Source of the DNA: Trichoplax sp. H2
Lineage: Eukaryota
Assembly (NCBI GenBank): GCA_003344405.1
Contig: NOWV01000162.1
Location: 62,001-126,000 of the forward strand
Reading direction: 5' to 3'
Length of the DNA: 64,000 nt
Shown: piece after piece, positions 1-12,875 of the stretch
Layout of the letters: every line of letters starts with the position of its first letter
How positions within the stretch are numbered: the stretch's first letter is position 1
Position numbers and translations under genes: made by a program
The notes under the pieces: generated by a model
What the model was told of the DNA's origin: nothing
Database searches by the model: none
The model's input: only the letters and a program-made list of their open reading frames with translations

Positions 1-903
1 CTACTTATTAGTTGGCTAATTACTTTCGTCATTTAGTTATGCTACAATAATTTATATTTTTGAGTATTAATAGATGAGCATTGCTATCACTGTTCTAAAG
101 TGGGAGCCACTACAGACAAGAATCGTAATATACGAATAACTATTTCTTAGCTTAATATAGACGCATATATATATGTTATATATATATATTTTCAACGGAT
201 AAATCATGCAAACTATAATTAGAGTTGGCAAGATTTATCCATTGCTGTTATTATTGTATAGATTCATCTACGTCAGATAATCTCTTGTATCCTTTAGTTA
301 TGTAATCATTCATATTCTTGAGCTAAAATGGGCATTGCTATCGCTGTTTTAAGATGAGAACTACGGTAGGCAATTTCATATTTCTGCATATGCGTTAGCA
401 GGGGGGTCCTTGATCAGGTCCCGATGCTTCCACGTGAGTATATAGTATCGTATAGCACTGAGTAAAATATGCTTTTATATGAGCTGTAGAGCCATCTAGT
501 GTACGGTGTGCAGTATTCTAAACTGTTCTTGCTGGGAGCTGCTAAAATTATACTACTATACACTATAGAGTACACACTACTGTATGATACAGTATATATC
601 AGATTGTCGACCGGGTGACCCTACTTGTATCGCATGAACAAGTTGACGTATATTGCTATATTATAACTCAAACATGATATTTAGTTATTACTGTTAGTAT
701 GCTGTTTGCATCATAATTTGAATTCAGTATAACATTAGAGATCATCCTTTGCGGTGGGAGCCAGCCATACATGGCTAATGGAACTTTCGTTGGTGGAGCG
801 AGCTGGAAATCATCCGTTTCTACCTATAATTTACCTTATTAGTGGATGTTGATTAAAGACTAGGACATATCTGACAATTTTCATAGCTTAAAGCTATACT
901 ACC

Positions 904-3900
904 ATGAAAAAAACCAAAAAGAGCCGCAGTGATACTGCTGTAAGTACACCTAATTCTCATACAAATGGATGCTGTTGGAATACAGTCAACTATTTCTTCA
1001 ATAAATATATGATTAATACAATAATTGCTGTGTAGGTTCAAGGAACTAATGATAACAGTATTGTTAGCAAGTTATCATCAGCTAAACATGGTTATTATCA
1101 AGATGATTTCTTGCAATATGTTGTTCAAAAGCCAGCGAGGAGATCACCATTAATAAATAGGTATGATGTTATATGTGTTTTAGGTTTGATTCGGGATGAT
1201 ATTGACTATAAATATAAAATGGATAATTGACATTAAATAATTTTATACCATCATTATAAGAATTTGCTTGCCAAGTTATGACTAACCTGATACTTTAACT
1301 TTTCTGTTGCCTTGTCTGAATTTGTAGGGGCTACTATATTCGAGCTAAAGCAATAGACTTTGTAATTCGAAAATTTTTAAGTTATAGCAATAATGATGAA
1401 GCAGCTAACAAAAATAAACAAGTACGTAAGCACCAACTACAATGATTATTGAGTCAAGCTTATACATAATAGCGAGTGTAAAACCATTTCTACTATAGAT
1501 TCTTATTCTCAAGTTAGAAGTTGTGCTTGATAAAATTGTAGCTCACATCATAACCTTACTTATTCATTCCGATTAATATAATGTATGTGAATATAGATTT
1601 TATCTTTAGGTGCTGGCTTTGATACATTATACTACCGATATCATTCATTAAATATGTTGGATTCAACAATTGTCTACGAGGTCAGTGATACATACACTCT
1701 TACGATATGCGTTATATTCGTGCAATGTACAGCATAATGTTTGACGAGTAGTTTTAATCATATTCGCAATTCAACTTGTTCCTATACTTGTAATGAGGGA
1801 TAAGATACCTTAACTGATATGTTTCATATAAGAAATGTACAGTATATATTATATACGATAACATCTTCAAATTTGTGTTGTCTAGCTTTTTTTTACCGTT
1901 TAAACCATGAGCTTCAAGTAAAGTTAAAAATGAAGTTCAAAACTTCTTCCTCTATCAGTTACTTATTGTAGCTAAATATATATTGGATTGAGATAGGTAG
2001 ACTTTCCAGAACTAGTAAAAAATAAAAGCAGACTTATCAGAAATAATGATATCCTTAAGAATGCAATAGGAAACGAGATTTCGAACACTTCTAATAATGA
2101 TACAGGTGATTTAGCAACTATATTTATTTCCATGTATCATAGCTGAGTTATTCTTATGCGAATTTTCTTAACTTATAGTAACTTTAACCATTAAAACAAA
2201 TTTTATGTAATAGGAATTTCAACTCAAGGATATAAATTGATCGGTTCAGACTTAAAAAATCTACCTGTACTTGAAAAAAATCTTCTATTCCATGGCATAG
2301 ATAGTCAGTCTCCTACTCTAATCCTATCTGAGTGTGTTTTAACTTATATCAATCCTTCAAGGTGCGAAATTTCAATAATTAACAGACGCTGTCTGTGGCA
2401 ATTTTGTTTGAAAAAATTGTAACCAATATTGTTTCATCATCTTGCCATAGCTCATCGAGCATTATAGGTTGGGCCTCAAAATTCTTCAGTAATGCAATGT
2501 TTGTTACCTATGAGCAGGTAATTTGACTGATTACATTTTCCCTAATGTGCTAGTTATATGTTCTTCCTACGGTTATACTTCTGCTTTATTTCAGATACAA
2601 CCTAATGATGCTTTTGGAAGAGTCATGTAAGTCTATAGCTGGACAAAAATTTATCAATAAGGCATTTTAGTAAACAGTGATAGTTCATACTAAGTTATCA
2701 TGCTGATAATTATAAAAGATATGATTATACTACTTCTTGCATTTATGACATTGCTGTAATTGGAAATCCAAATATAATAGGCGAAACCATTTCAAGCAAA
2801 TAGGATCCCCACTAAAATGTATCGATAGCTATCCTACTAAGATAGCTCAAATTCGCAGATATGAATCATTACGGTGGTCGGATAGCGTTATCCTCGATAT
2901 GAACGATTTTTATTATAAGATACTCCCAGAGGTGATGAGATAAATACTGCATGAACTGTTGCTTAGATTTTACAGAATGTTATGTCGATGCTCTCAGCGT
3001 ATCTACTAATCAGAAATTATGATTACGACAGCAAGAACGTCAACGTATCGAACATTTGGAATTATTTGACGAGTTTGAAGAATGGCACTTAAAATGTTCG
3101 CATTATATCCTAATTTGTGCATTTGTAGGATCGCTTCAGTGTCAAGCAATCCTCGGAGGTATTATTTTTACTCTATATGCCTGCCATTACGCTTAATTTT
3201 CAATTTGCATGAGGCTAAGGTATGCATTGGTATATATATTTTGCAGAGTTTAAGCGTTATCAGTCTCTTGATGGGTCACAGAGGATAAAACCCGATATAT
3301 ATTCCAACTGCAATTTCTTAGACGTTAACGGAACTAAAAATCTTCGACGATTTGGCCATAAAATTTGTCTTTTGAATTTCAATTTATCACCATCTGATAA
3401 TAGCATGTTCATAGCTGTTACTGGAGGTTTTGGATTATTGTCAGATTCTCGTCATAGACGATTGTCCGATATATCGGTATTTCATATAACTAACGATCCG
3501 AAGAAAGAAATTACGTTAGTTAATTCGACCGAACTGGATAATCCGAGACTTTTTCATGCCGTTATTCCTATTAGTGATAATAAGATAGCTATATTCGGTG
3601 GCAGACTTTCACCCCTCAAACACTACGGCGACGTTATTGTAGTAACATTCAATCTAGAACCAATTCATACAGATGAATCAACTACAGAAGGTGATTTAGC
3701 AAAAACACCTACAAGCTCTCAGTTGAAGCATAAAGTTGACATAGGCTGGGAGAGTATAGCTTGCAGCGGTGATATGCCAACAGCTCGATGGAGACATACT
3801 GCGACAATAATTGGTAACGTGCTTGAATGCGATAGTGTTATTGATTGACATTTATGGTAACCTTTACTATTTTATATATAAAATTGATAATACCAGCAAT

Positions 3901-5147
3901 TAAAACGTGTTGCTTACTTTTTTTAATTGATCAGATGATGGCAAATGCTTAATTTTTGGCGGAATAACTACGAATATGGTTACTCTAAATGACTCTTATA
4001 TTTTTGAATTTGCCTCGCGAAAATGGTCTAGGGTAATGCAGTCGTTGACCATAGTGATTTACTTTCAGATACTCGTAATAATAGCTATACTGCTATTAGT
4101 TGCAACTCCGTACTGTAATGCCGAATATGTCCTTTTTATATTAAGCTGTAAAGTAGATACATAGGGATTGTAGTTCTGGGTCTGCAGGTTGATTTTCTAT
4201 ATTTTGTTCTTTCAAGTAGATGAAATTAGATGTTTAGAAATAAAAATTATAAACGACTTAATACAAACTATTAACCGTGGTAGGTATCAGTAGCTGGATT
4301 GGTATCTCCTAGACATTCGCACACAGCATGCAAATGGAAGGATTACGTTGTTGTCTATGGAGGCTTAGGATTCGATTTTAAGCCCGCTATTGGCATTAGT
4401 GCATTAAATATTAAGGTCGGTTAAGTTTGATAGTTACAATCACTAAATAGTATTATGCTAATTGTTTACATGGAGAAAAGAGCAAATATCTGATAATAAT
4501 TATTACATCAAAATCGTTCATTAGGATGAATTAGCTATGAATTGGATTAGTTTAGAATTTAATCCACAACTCCCAACTCGGTAACACGTTTCGATATTGA
4601 GCAGCATATACGTATTCTCATTGTACTTGATTGCTAAATGAATGCATCTAATACGGATGTGCGCAATACAGTAATAACAATAATTTAAAGAGTAACATGA
4701 TGAATGCATGTTTAATGACTGTTTGATATCATCCTGTAGGTACTCTCATACAGCCCATGTTTTGGAAGATAGACTACTTGTTATTGGTGGAATAGATCCT
4801 TTCTTAACGTGTACTAACACATTAATTGACATTAATTTGGAAAATCGCACATGGAGAATGTTCTTATTACAAGTATGCGAAATTTCAGTAGATCATCGAC
4901 AATAATACGGCTGATATTTCAGCTACTCATTTTATTTTTTACAGTTGATAGTATAAAGCTTAGTCCAATACTATGATCTTTTTAGGAACCATGCATAGAA
5001 AAGCCAATACTGATGTTACACAACCATGACAGCGTTTGCCTCGGTAAAAGTAGACAACAGGTGTTTACGTTAGGTGGAGGTGGAAATTGTTTCTCTTTCG
5101 GAACACATTTTAACTCTCATTTACTAGAAATTGTTTTACCAACGTGA
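904..5147 (+). CDS. LCMT2: tRNA wybutosine-synthesizing protein 4 / leucine carboxyl methyltransferase 2 (methyltransferase plus Kelch repeats), multi-exon
   Basis: Spliced reading [62 protein letters not shown]..., then [36 protein letters not shown]. Kelch-type motifs follow (RLFHAV..IFGG, ARWRHTA, PRHSHTA). C-terminus [18 protein letters not shown] at 5145-5147. GT-AG introns. Confidence 0.9.
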
Positions 5148-5666
5148 TGTATAGATTTGATTTAATTACTTGTATTTACAGTTTTTGGAATAAATGTTAT
5201 TAATGAATGCAAACTGCAACTGAGTGTACAAATCAGTTAGTAGTCCTGAATGACTAGTTTAACCTATTGTTAGAACAATTATGGTTGACTCTCCAAATTG
5301 TTTCATTATAGCCAATTACATACGGCTATTAGTGCTAGTAGCTTGTTCATTTCACGTATAATAATAGACTGAATAATTTGGACTTTTTCTACGAGACGAT
5401 TAGATCTTAGGTACAGAAATATTTTAGTTGATGATACATTACGTTCTTATTGTTATCCGGAAGACTTTTACAAGACAGTACTTTTATGAATGACAATTTA
5501 TAGAAACTTGGCAAAGCAAAATATATTGAAGCTATATAAAATATTTATTATTATTCGACATAATAAAAATTTCTTCATCCAAAACATGGTTTCTCAATAT
5601 ATCCAATTTAATCCAAATTCACTGAAACAATACAGCCAAAATTTCTAACGATGTAAGGCAACAATT

Positions 5667-8600
5667 TCAGTTACACTGGAATTTATTAACGAGTTCATCC
5701 ATCCAATCAAAATTCATTTCTGTGTTGTCCAAGTTACGATCGATCTCCATCGGTTGCAACTGATGCATTCTTTCGTCATTTTGAGGTTTTATTACAATTT
5801 CTTCGTCTGAATTCGCTGAATCTAAAATTGATAAAATATTTGTCAAATACAATGTCAGTAATTTGCACGTTATACCCTCTTATTTTACCAATTTCGCTTT
5901 CAGAATCGCTATAATCATTTCCATTTTCTTGGCTAAAAAGTCAATTATGGTTGGTTATTTTACTTCGAAGAATGTAAATTTAGCAATTAGTGCATAATTA
6001 GAGAATATAAATCTTAAATTACCCATCCGGCAAGTCAGCAATCGCAGTAGCTTCAAGGGACGATTTCACAAATTGAGCACATATTGTAGTCATCGAAGGC
6101 AGAACATGGGACGCCCCAATAAAAACCTGTTTTAGCAATGAGTACGAAGGTTAAAAATTTTGAAAGTTCTGCAAACTTATAATTACGAAATTCGACTAAT
6201 TACCTCTCGCACATTTTTAGAGTATCGAGCTCTATAGGTTAAATCAGATGCCTGACTTCGATCGTTCATTGGAAGTGTATCTGTGATTATATTATTACAA
6301 GTGTGAGAGGCAACACTGATCAACCACATTTTAAGCAACGAATTCATAATTGATAAAACTGTATACCTTCAAATTCTCCAAAAATACGTACAAATGGAGA
6401 TTCTTCAGATATTCCTGTATTTGTTGTACTCTAATACGCATCATGTTTAATAGCGTACACAGGAATTGCAATAGAACGCTGATTAATTAATATAATAAAC
6501 AGTAAGAATAGCAGTGAAGTATTAGGTTACCTCGTCGTGGATATCATCTTGTCGATCTTCTGGCTCCAAAGAATATAAGTCCTAATTTGATATTAAAACT
6601 GCGTCACGAGTGATCGCGTATAGCGATGTAGCGTAAAAAGCATACCTGGGAGTTTGTAATAAAATAGTAACGTTGGTTGAATAACCAAGAGTCCGATGGC
6701 ATATTATGTGCTTGCGATACCGGCACAAACATAGCACTAATAATTTGTTGATTGCTAAAATCTCTCAAAACCGCTATTGATTTACTCTCATCCGGGGAAA
6801 AAACGTACAGAGCTGCAGATAAAAAATTTAATTATAACCTCTTAATTCGATCTATCAAAGTATTTAGCTACAACTTAATAGTATTTTTTAATCATTTTTA
6901 TTACCACACGTTGAATTCTTCCCTTTAACCAGTGCAGCTTGGTGGTTCGTAGTAGGACTTTTTGTTAGCATAGATACGCGTAATTGAACACACCATTGGA
7001 CTATTATTATGATTACAGAAATACAAGTGAAGTGTCTCAGTTTTCGGAAATTAAAAATACATAATTACACACTAATTTACAGTTAATACTAATTTGAAAA
7101 AGCTTGGTTACTTGTGCATGATAATAGATTCCAAACGTATAAGAGCCTATTAGTGGTTGTTGTTAAGAGATGAGAACAACTTTTACGACCAAAAGCCATA
7201 TGCCTTTAAAAATTTGTAATATTTAACGAATTAGATAAGTTCTATAAAGATATGCTAGATTTGTAATAAATTAAGCCTAGAGAGAATATAGTACCCAGCA
7301 TTATACAGTATATAACATATTCAAGTTATAAAATGCCCTAATAATTCAACATACCGAACATTTTCAGATTTTATCAAGTGAGATAGTGTTTTCTGAATCT
7401 CATTTTTGCTTGGATCCCATAAAGTTACGATCTTATTATTACAAAGCCATGTAACAGGAATAAATTAGTTATGAATAGCTTGCTTATATTATGTTGCAAT
7501 TGATATAGTCGCAACAGCAACTAATCAGCTACCTCATCATAAGCAACTCCCAATAATGATGAATCATGTGAGAAATCTGCAGTCGTTGCTGGTGAGTCAC
7601 GATAGTGACTTACGGAGTAGCACGTCCAACTTGGCTTATCATCTAGAAATAGCAATATAATGTTAGGTCTAACTAAAAATATTATGTAATCCAATGAGAA
7701 CGCAGTGTATTGCTGAAATTATTATCAATCGAATTGATCGATAGTCTATGATGAGACCTACCACGAATACTATCGCATTTTAAATCTAGTAACCATGTCT
7801 TTATGTAGCCGCCAGAATCCGTAGTAACAAGCATAGGTAACGGATCTGTTATAGTTGAGGTATCATTCTCTGGTCTGAATACAATTGCCGTAACAAATTT
7901 ACTATGAGGAGGTTCCACAGTGGTATTTAGGGTATAACTATGATAATAGATATTAAAAAGAAAAGAATAGATTTTTTATTCGAATAGGATTCTCTTTCGC
8001 TAATTTTACGAGTGTTTATTAAAAAGTGACAGTATCAGAACCTTTGAGTAACTTCTGAAAATTCCCAAAATTTTAATTTCATTTCAGCAACGGAATCTTT
8101 GTTGTTACGGCTTTCAATCTACGTAAAGGAATAGTTACTAATTATATTTGTGCTTTAATAAATCTACCATAGAAATAACGTTCATTACAGTTGCGAGCCA
8201 ATTTCCACTTGGATGGAATGCAACATGAGTGACATCTGTAAGGCTAGTTGACTTGTTGCTATGGCTTACTACATAGTTTTGACCAACAACATCCATCTGA
8301 CAATGTAAAAATAGAATACTAACATCAATTTACGGGAAAGCAGCAAGTACAATGAATGGTAAATATATATAATACTTACTACTTTGGTAGTTTTATGACT
8401 ATGAATATCATAAAACTGTAAGCTTCCAGGAATACTATTAAGAACTATTGCACGTGATCTAGGATCATAAACTAAACCAGTAGGTACTGGAGAAGATAGC
8501 TGGTACAACTCACAAGCTAATGTTAAAAAAATAAATCGATTAAATTATATAGTATTATGTACGTGGTATTTTATTATTCTCTTATGAAAGTCTAGTTGTT

Positions 8601-11026
8601 TATTACAAAGTTATCGTCACACCTTTGTGTAGACCTTGAATTGATTGTTTAATTGCCATCTCCGATGGTGAAATTAAATGTATCACTATCGAATTGAGAT
8701 TAAGAATTAAGATAGAAGCTTACAAAATATTTCTATTACAGCCTTTTACTTAAGCTACTAACCGTTATCTTTCAAGCTGACAGCAACAATAGAATAGTTA
8801 CTACTAGAGTTGATATGAACAATTGAACTACCAAGACGTGGTAAAAAATGTTTAGTTTCTGTTCTTAATTGCCATACCACTAATACACCTTCACTTCCAC
8901 CAGAAAGTAAGCAAGATCCTACGCGTATATACAATCAATGTTTTGCAGTGTTAATCGCAAATAACAAGAGCAAATTGGTAATAGACCCTTACCATCAATG
9001 TTATATTGGATATCTAAGACTGGATGAGCATGCCAGTGCAATTCTAGTTGTATCGGTTCTTCATTCATTATTCGATAACGACGCCTAAAAAAATTTCATA
9101 TGACTTTTATAGCTCCTATTAAAATTTGGCCATCGTCTCCGTTATATACAATCATTCTAATATAGCAGTTGTCATAAGCTATACCATAATATAATTTTGC
9201 CTTGACGATCTCCAGTGGCTATGCAATCTTCTAATGGATGAATAGTTAAGCATGTAAGACGAACTCGTCTAGTAAATCTAAACAGATTACATCAAATTCA
9301 CAAGTTAGTGCGCAAACAAGTAAAACTAAAACAATATAGAAATTTATTAACGTAAGGAACAAATTGAATTCTTAGCAACATACTTTGACAATTTACCAGT
9401 CTTGATATCGTAAATGCGTAATGATTTTTTGGCTATAGACGCAATATAACCCCCCTACAGTAAGAGCGTGTAAAAATTAATAATAATAGAACGCAGCCAA
9501 AAGGTTGATATCGGATTCTACGATAGTGTGTGATCATGTCATATCTATCAAAGATTACCACTACTTAATACTGTATAGCTAAAGGTGCAGAATCCTATTA
9601 CAGATTAGATCAAAACTTACGTCAGGTGAAAGTTGACAGTATTTAGTGTTTGGTTTTACGGAAAATAGTGTATTTCCTACGTAGGCAATTTTTTTATCTT
9701 CTAAAGACAACTTTGCACGTATGACGTGGGCTAGGCCATCTATTAATAATTGAAGGTTTTACTTTTGGTAGAACAATTTATAATCGTTATTGCAGCTTCA
9801 ATAACAATGTATACGAGTAATATTATTTATTGCTATCTTGACGGGCTATCAAACCTTTCTTAGTCGATGTCGATTTTTTAGAGGATTTAATTACAATAGC
9901 AGCTGATTCATCGCCGGGCAATGGTATTACTCTCCAAATTGGACAATCAGCGTTAAATACCTATAAAGTGAGTTAAAGTCTTTAATACTGTCGAGATATT
10001 GGAATCGTTCGATATGCGTAGAGTCACAATCATCATTCAATTTGTCAATATAGTAAGTACAAGACACAAACTAGCCTATATAGAAGTGCATGCTTAGGCA
10101 AGTGCAAATTGAATAAATAAAGAGTTTTTATCTTCATCGAGTTACAGTTGAGAATAACTACACAGTTATTGATGGCGTAGTTACATTGCATTTAGCAAGA
10201 CTTTATTACCTTGAGTTGAGTACCAGCATCATAGTCCCAATATATTACTTGTCCATCCAGTGAACAAGAAATCAGCTATTTCAATTGGTTGGATAGAAAG
10301 TAGTTATCCACGATAGATAAAGAATAATGTCATTACAGTTGATCAATATATTAGTGCTAGACAATTATTTTCTTCCTGATCGCCAATATAGCATACGTAA
10401 AATAGACGTGGACACATGACTGTCACTTTAGCGTAGAATTATCGGATATGTTAGCAAATTAATACTGGTCCATCAAGTTAACTTTACAGTCTCTTGTAAA
10501 GGTAAGAATTGATTAGTATGCTTTACCTGCAGGAAATTGTGAGGATTTAATAGGCAATGGGTTATAGTATTGCGGTGTCCTACTAATGTTCTAATAGCTT
10601 GACCGGTATTACTGCTAAAGATTTGAATAATATTGCGACAATAGCAAAAGATATACCTAGCAGTATAAGAAAGGAAATTGAATTAATTTAGCACTGCAGA
10701 CGCTACTATTCAAGTCGTGCTCATCCGTAACGATAAGCCCTATCATTATTATCATTTATCATGATGATGGAAACAACAATCGATATCATTACTATTTCCA
10801 ATTGATCACTTTACTACGATAATACATGGACTAATTAATAGAAAGATATGCCATGGATGAATCTGAAGTGAAAGGATAAGTTGCATTTAGCTGAAGACGT
10901 GGACAATCATTCATTGAAGACCTCTTCAAGGCTGTCCAACGCGCAGTCAACTTACTTTGAATCTTTACTGATGAGTAGAGGATTCTTGGTCAATAGGCGA
11001 TTATGTTTGATCGCTTGTAACTCCAT
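5667..11026 (-). CDS. WDR75: WD repeat-containing protein 75 (UTP17/NAN1, SSU processome), multi-exon
   Basis: Minus-strand exons include LHWHAHPVLD, LLSGGSEGVLVVWQ..FLPRLGSSI, GLVYDPRSRAIVLNSIPGSLQFYD, LKFWEF and PPHSKFVTAIVF. Start MELQAIKHN at 11026; stop from ORF 5667..5852. Confidence 0.85.
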
Positions 11027-11207
11027 CTTCTATGTATAATGTAATAGGACGGTGAATCTATCACTGCTTGCAAGTTCCAATACGACAGTAGCGTATCGTT
11101 GACACAAATGGATACGCTTGTATATTAATTGGCTTTAAAATGGAGCATTCATTAAAAGCATTTTCCACCGGAGCTAAAGTGTTCAGCTGCGTGCAAACGA
11201 ATCTCGG

Positions 11208-11697
11208 TCTTGTCTACCCTTAGTCGCATGGGCAGTTGGGGTTTACAGTACAGTACAGTACTGTACTGTACTGTGTATAGTACTGTAGGCCGAGTATTGT
11301 AAGTGGTAAGCTGATTTCTTTGACTGGAAGACTTTCTATGGTAGTCTATGTGCCTAAGGTCTGTGCAGTCGATGATGTCATCCTAGACGACAACTATGTA
11401 GTGTAAAAGCAGTACTATCAGCATGTTATAGTGACATTCATTTTGCTATGTACTGGTATGATGCCTATCACCGTACAGTCCGTTCTTGTCTACCCCTCGT
11501 CGCATGGGCAGTTGGGCACTTGGTGATTACAGTACACCGAGTATTGTAAGCAGTTAGCTAATTTCTTTGACTGGAAGACTTTCTATGGTAGTCTATGCGC
11601 CTACGGTCTGTGCAGTCAATGATGTCATGCTAGATGACAACTATGTAGTGTAAAAGCAGTACTATCAGCATGTTATAGTGACATTGATTTTGCTATG
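11208..11697. repeat. Two-copy tandem duplication (~215-245 bp) in the WDR75/SUMO intergenic region
   Basis: 11208-11450 and 11484-11697 both read tcttgtctacc..gtcgcatgggcagttggg..ccgagtattgtaag..tttctttgactggaagactttctatggtagtctatg..gcatgttatagtgacatt. Confidence 0.9.
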
Positions 11698-12061
11698 CAC
11701 TGTACAGTGTACAGTACGGTATTTTACGGTCTTCAAGCCACTGCTGTACACTGTACACTGTAGCGTTCTTACACAGGCACGGTTCGGTTCGGAGCAGAAC
11801 TGGACCTGGACCGCAGTAAGATTGTCTTCGTCGATAGTGGAGAAAAAATTCTCCAAATTTAGACTACAGTAAATCAAATTGCAAAATTTGTCTTCATTTT
11901 ACATTTTGTACGTGTTGTAGGCAAGGGACGAATATAACACGATCATTTAGCAATCCTCTCTTTTAGTAGTCGCGGATTCCACAGTACTATTGACGGACAA
12001 TGCTTCTACCGTGCTGTACTGTACAGTACACTACAGTACAGCAAAAGAAGTTTCTTGGAAA

Positions 12062-12306
12062 ACGTTGCAAGAATGTGCAAATACGTACAGTATAGAATAT
12101 CATGTTCTACGTGAGTGCTTGGTGATCGATTCTTTCACTACACTACTAGTAGTAGACAGTAGTGTACACTCAGTCCTGTATAGTACAGTAGACTGAAACA
12201 AGTCCCTTGCAATATTGTACTGTACACGTTGCAAGAATGTGCAATATTGTACAGTAGCCACCTAGAAGGTCATGTTCCACGTGAGTGCTTGGCTATCGAC
12301 TCTTTC
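12062..12306. repeat. Direct duplication (~75-80 bp)
   Basis: acgttgcaagaatgtgcaa..catgttc(t/c)acgtgagtgcttgg..atcga(t/c)tctttc at 12062-12136 and 12226-12306. Confidence 0.8.
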
Positions 12307-12875
12307 GTTTTGTAATAATCACCTTTGTTGATCCTTCTGCAAGATGGAGTCGTTGTGTAGACTTCAACTCCCTTGAAAAGCGCCAACTTTTCTATCTACT
12401 GAATGGCTCTCCCGATATATACTGTAGAGATGTCATCTAGGTGAAAAGTAGTCCTAAAAGGAAAGGCTAAAACGGCAATTGCAACTAAAATGGCTTTAGT
12501 ATTGTGCTTCGGAGGAGGTACACCACTCTACAATACTGTACAACGAAACTGCATTTGAACCGTTATGACCTACAGTACTGTACTGTACAGTACGAAACAG
12601 CGTCACTACAGTCCTTGTCTGGACCGTTTATACTGTACTGTTACAGCTCGTACAGTACTGTACACTGTACACTATACAGTGTACGAGTGGGTATAGTAAA
12701 CGAGGCAAAAGAAAAATCACCTGGTGATTAGAGTACTCTGTACTCTACAGTGTACTGTACAGTACATACTGTGTGCAAGTTACTTCAGCCTACTTGAAAA
12801 TCACTATTCTGTCTACAAACTCTCACAACGATTGCAAGATATCGACAGTCCCCTGCAAAAAAATAGCAATTCATC

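Noticed and set aside
60-375. Diverged ~250-bp-spaced duplication (gcattgctatc.ctgtt) at the window start
   Set aside because: Similarity is short and the context is cut off by the window edge, so boundaries cannot be defined.
8741-8750. gccttttact resembling U5 snRNA loop 1
   Set aside because: No flanking stem or Sm site; it lies in a short WDR75 intron.
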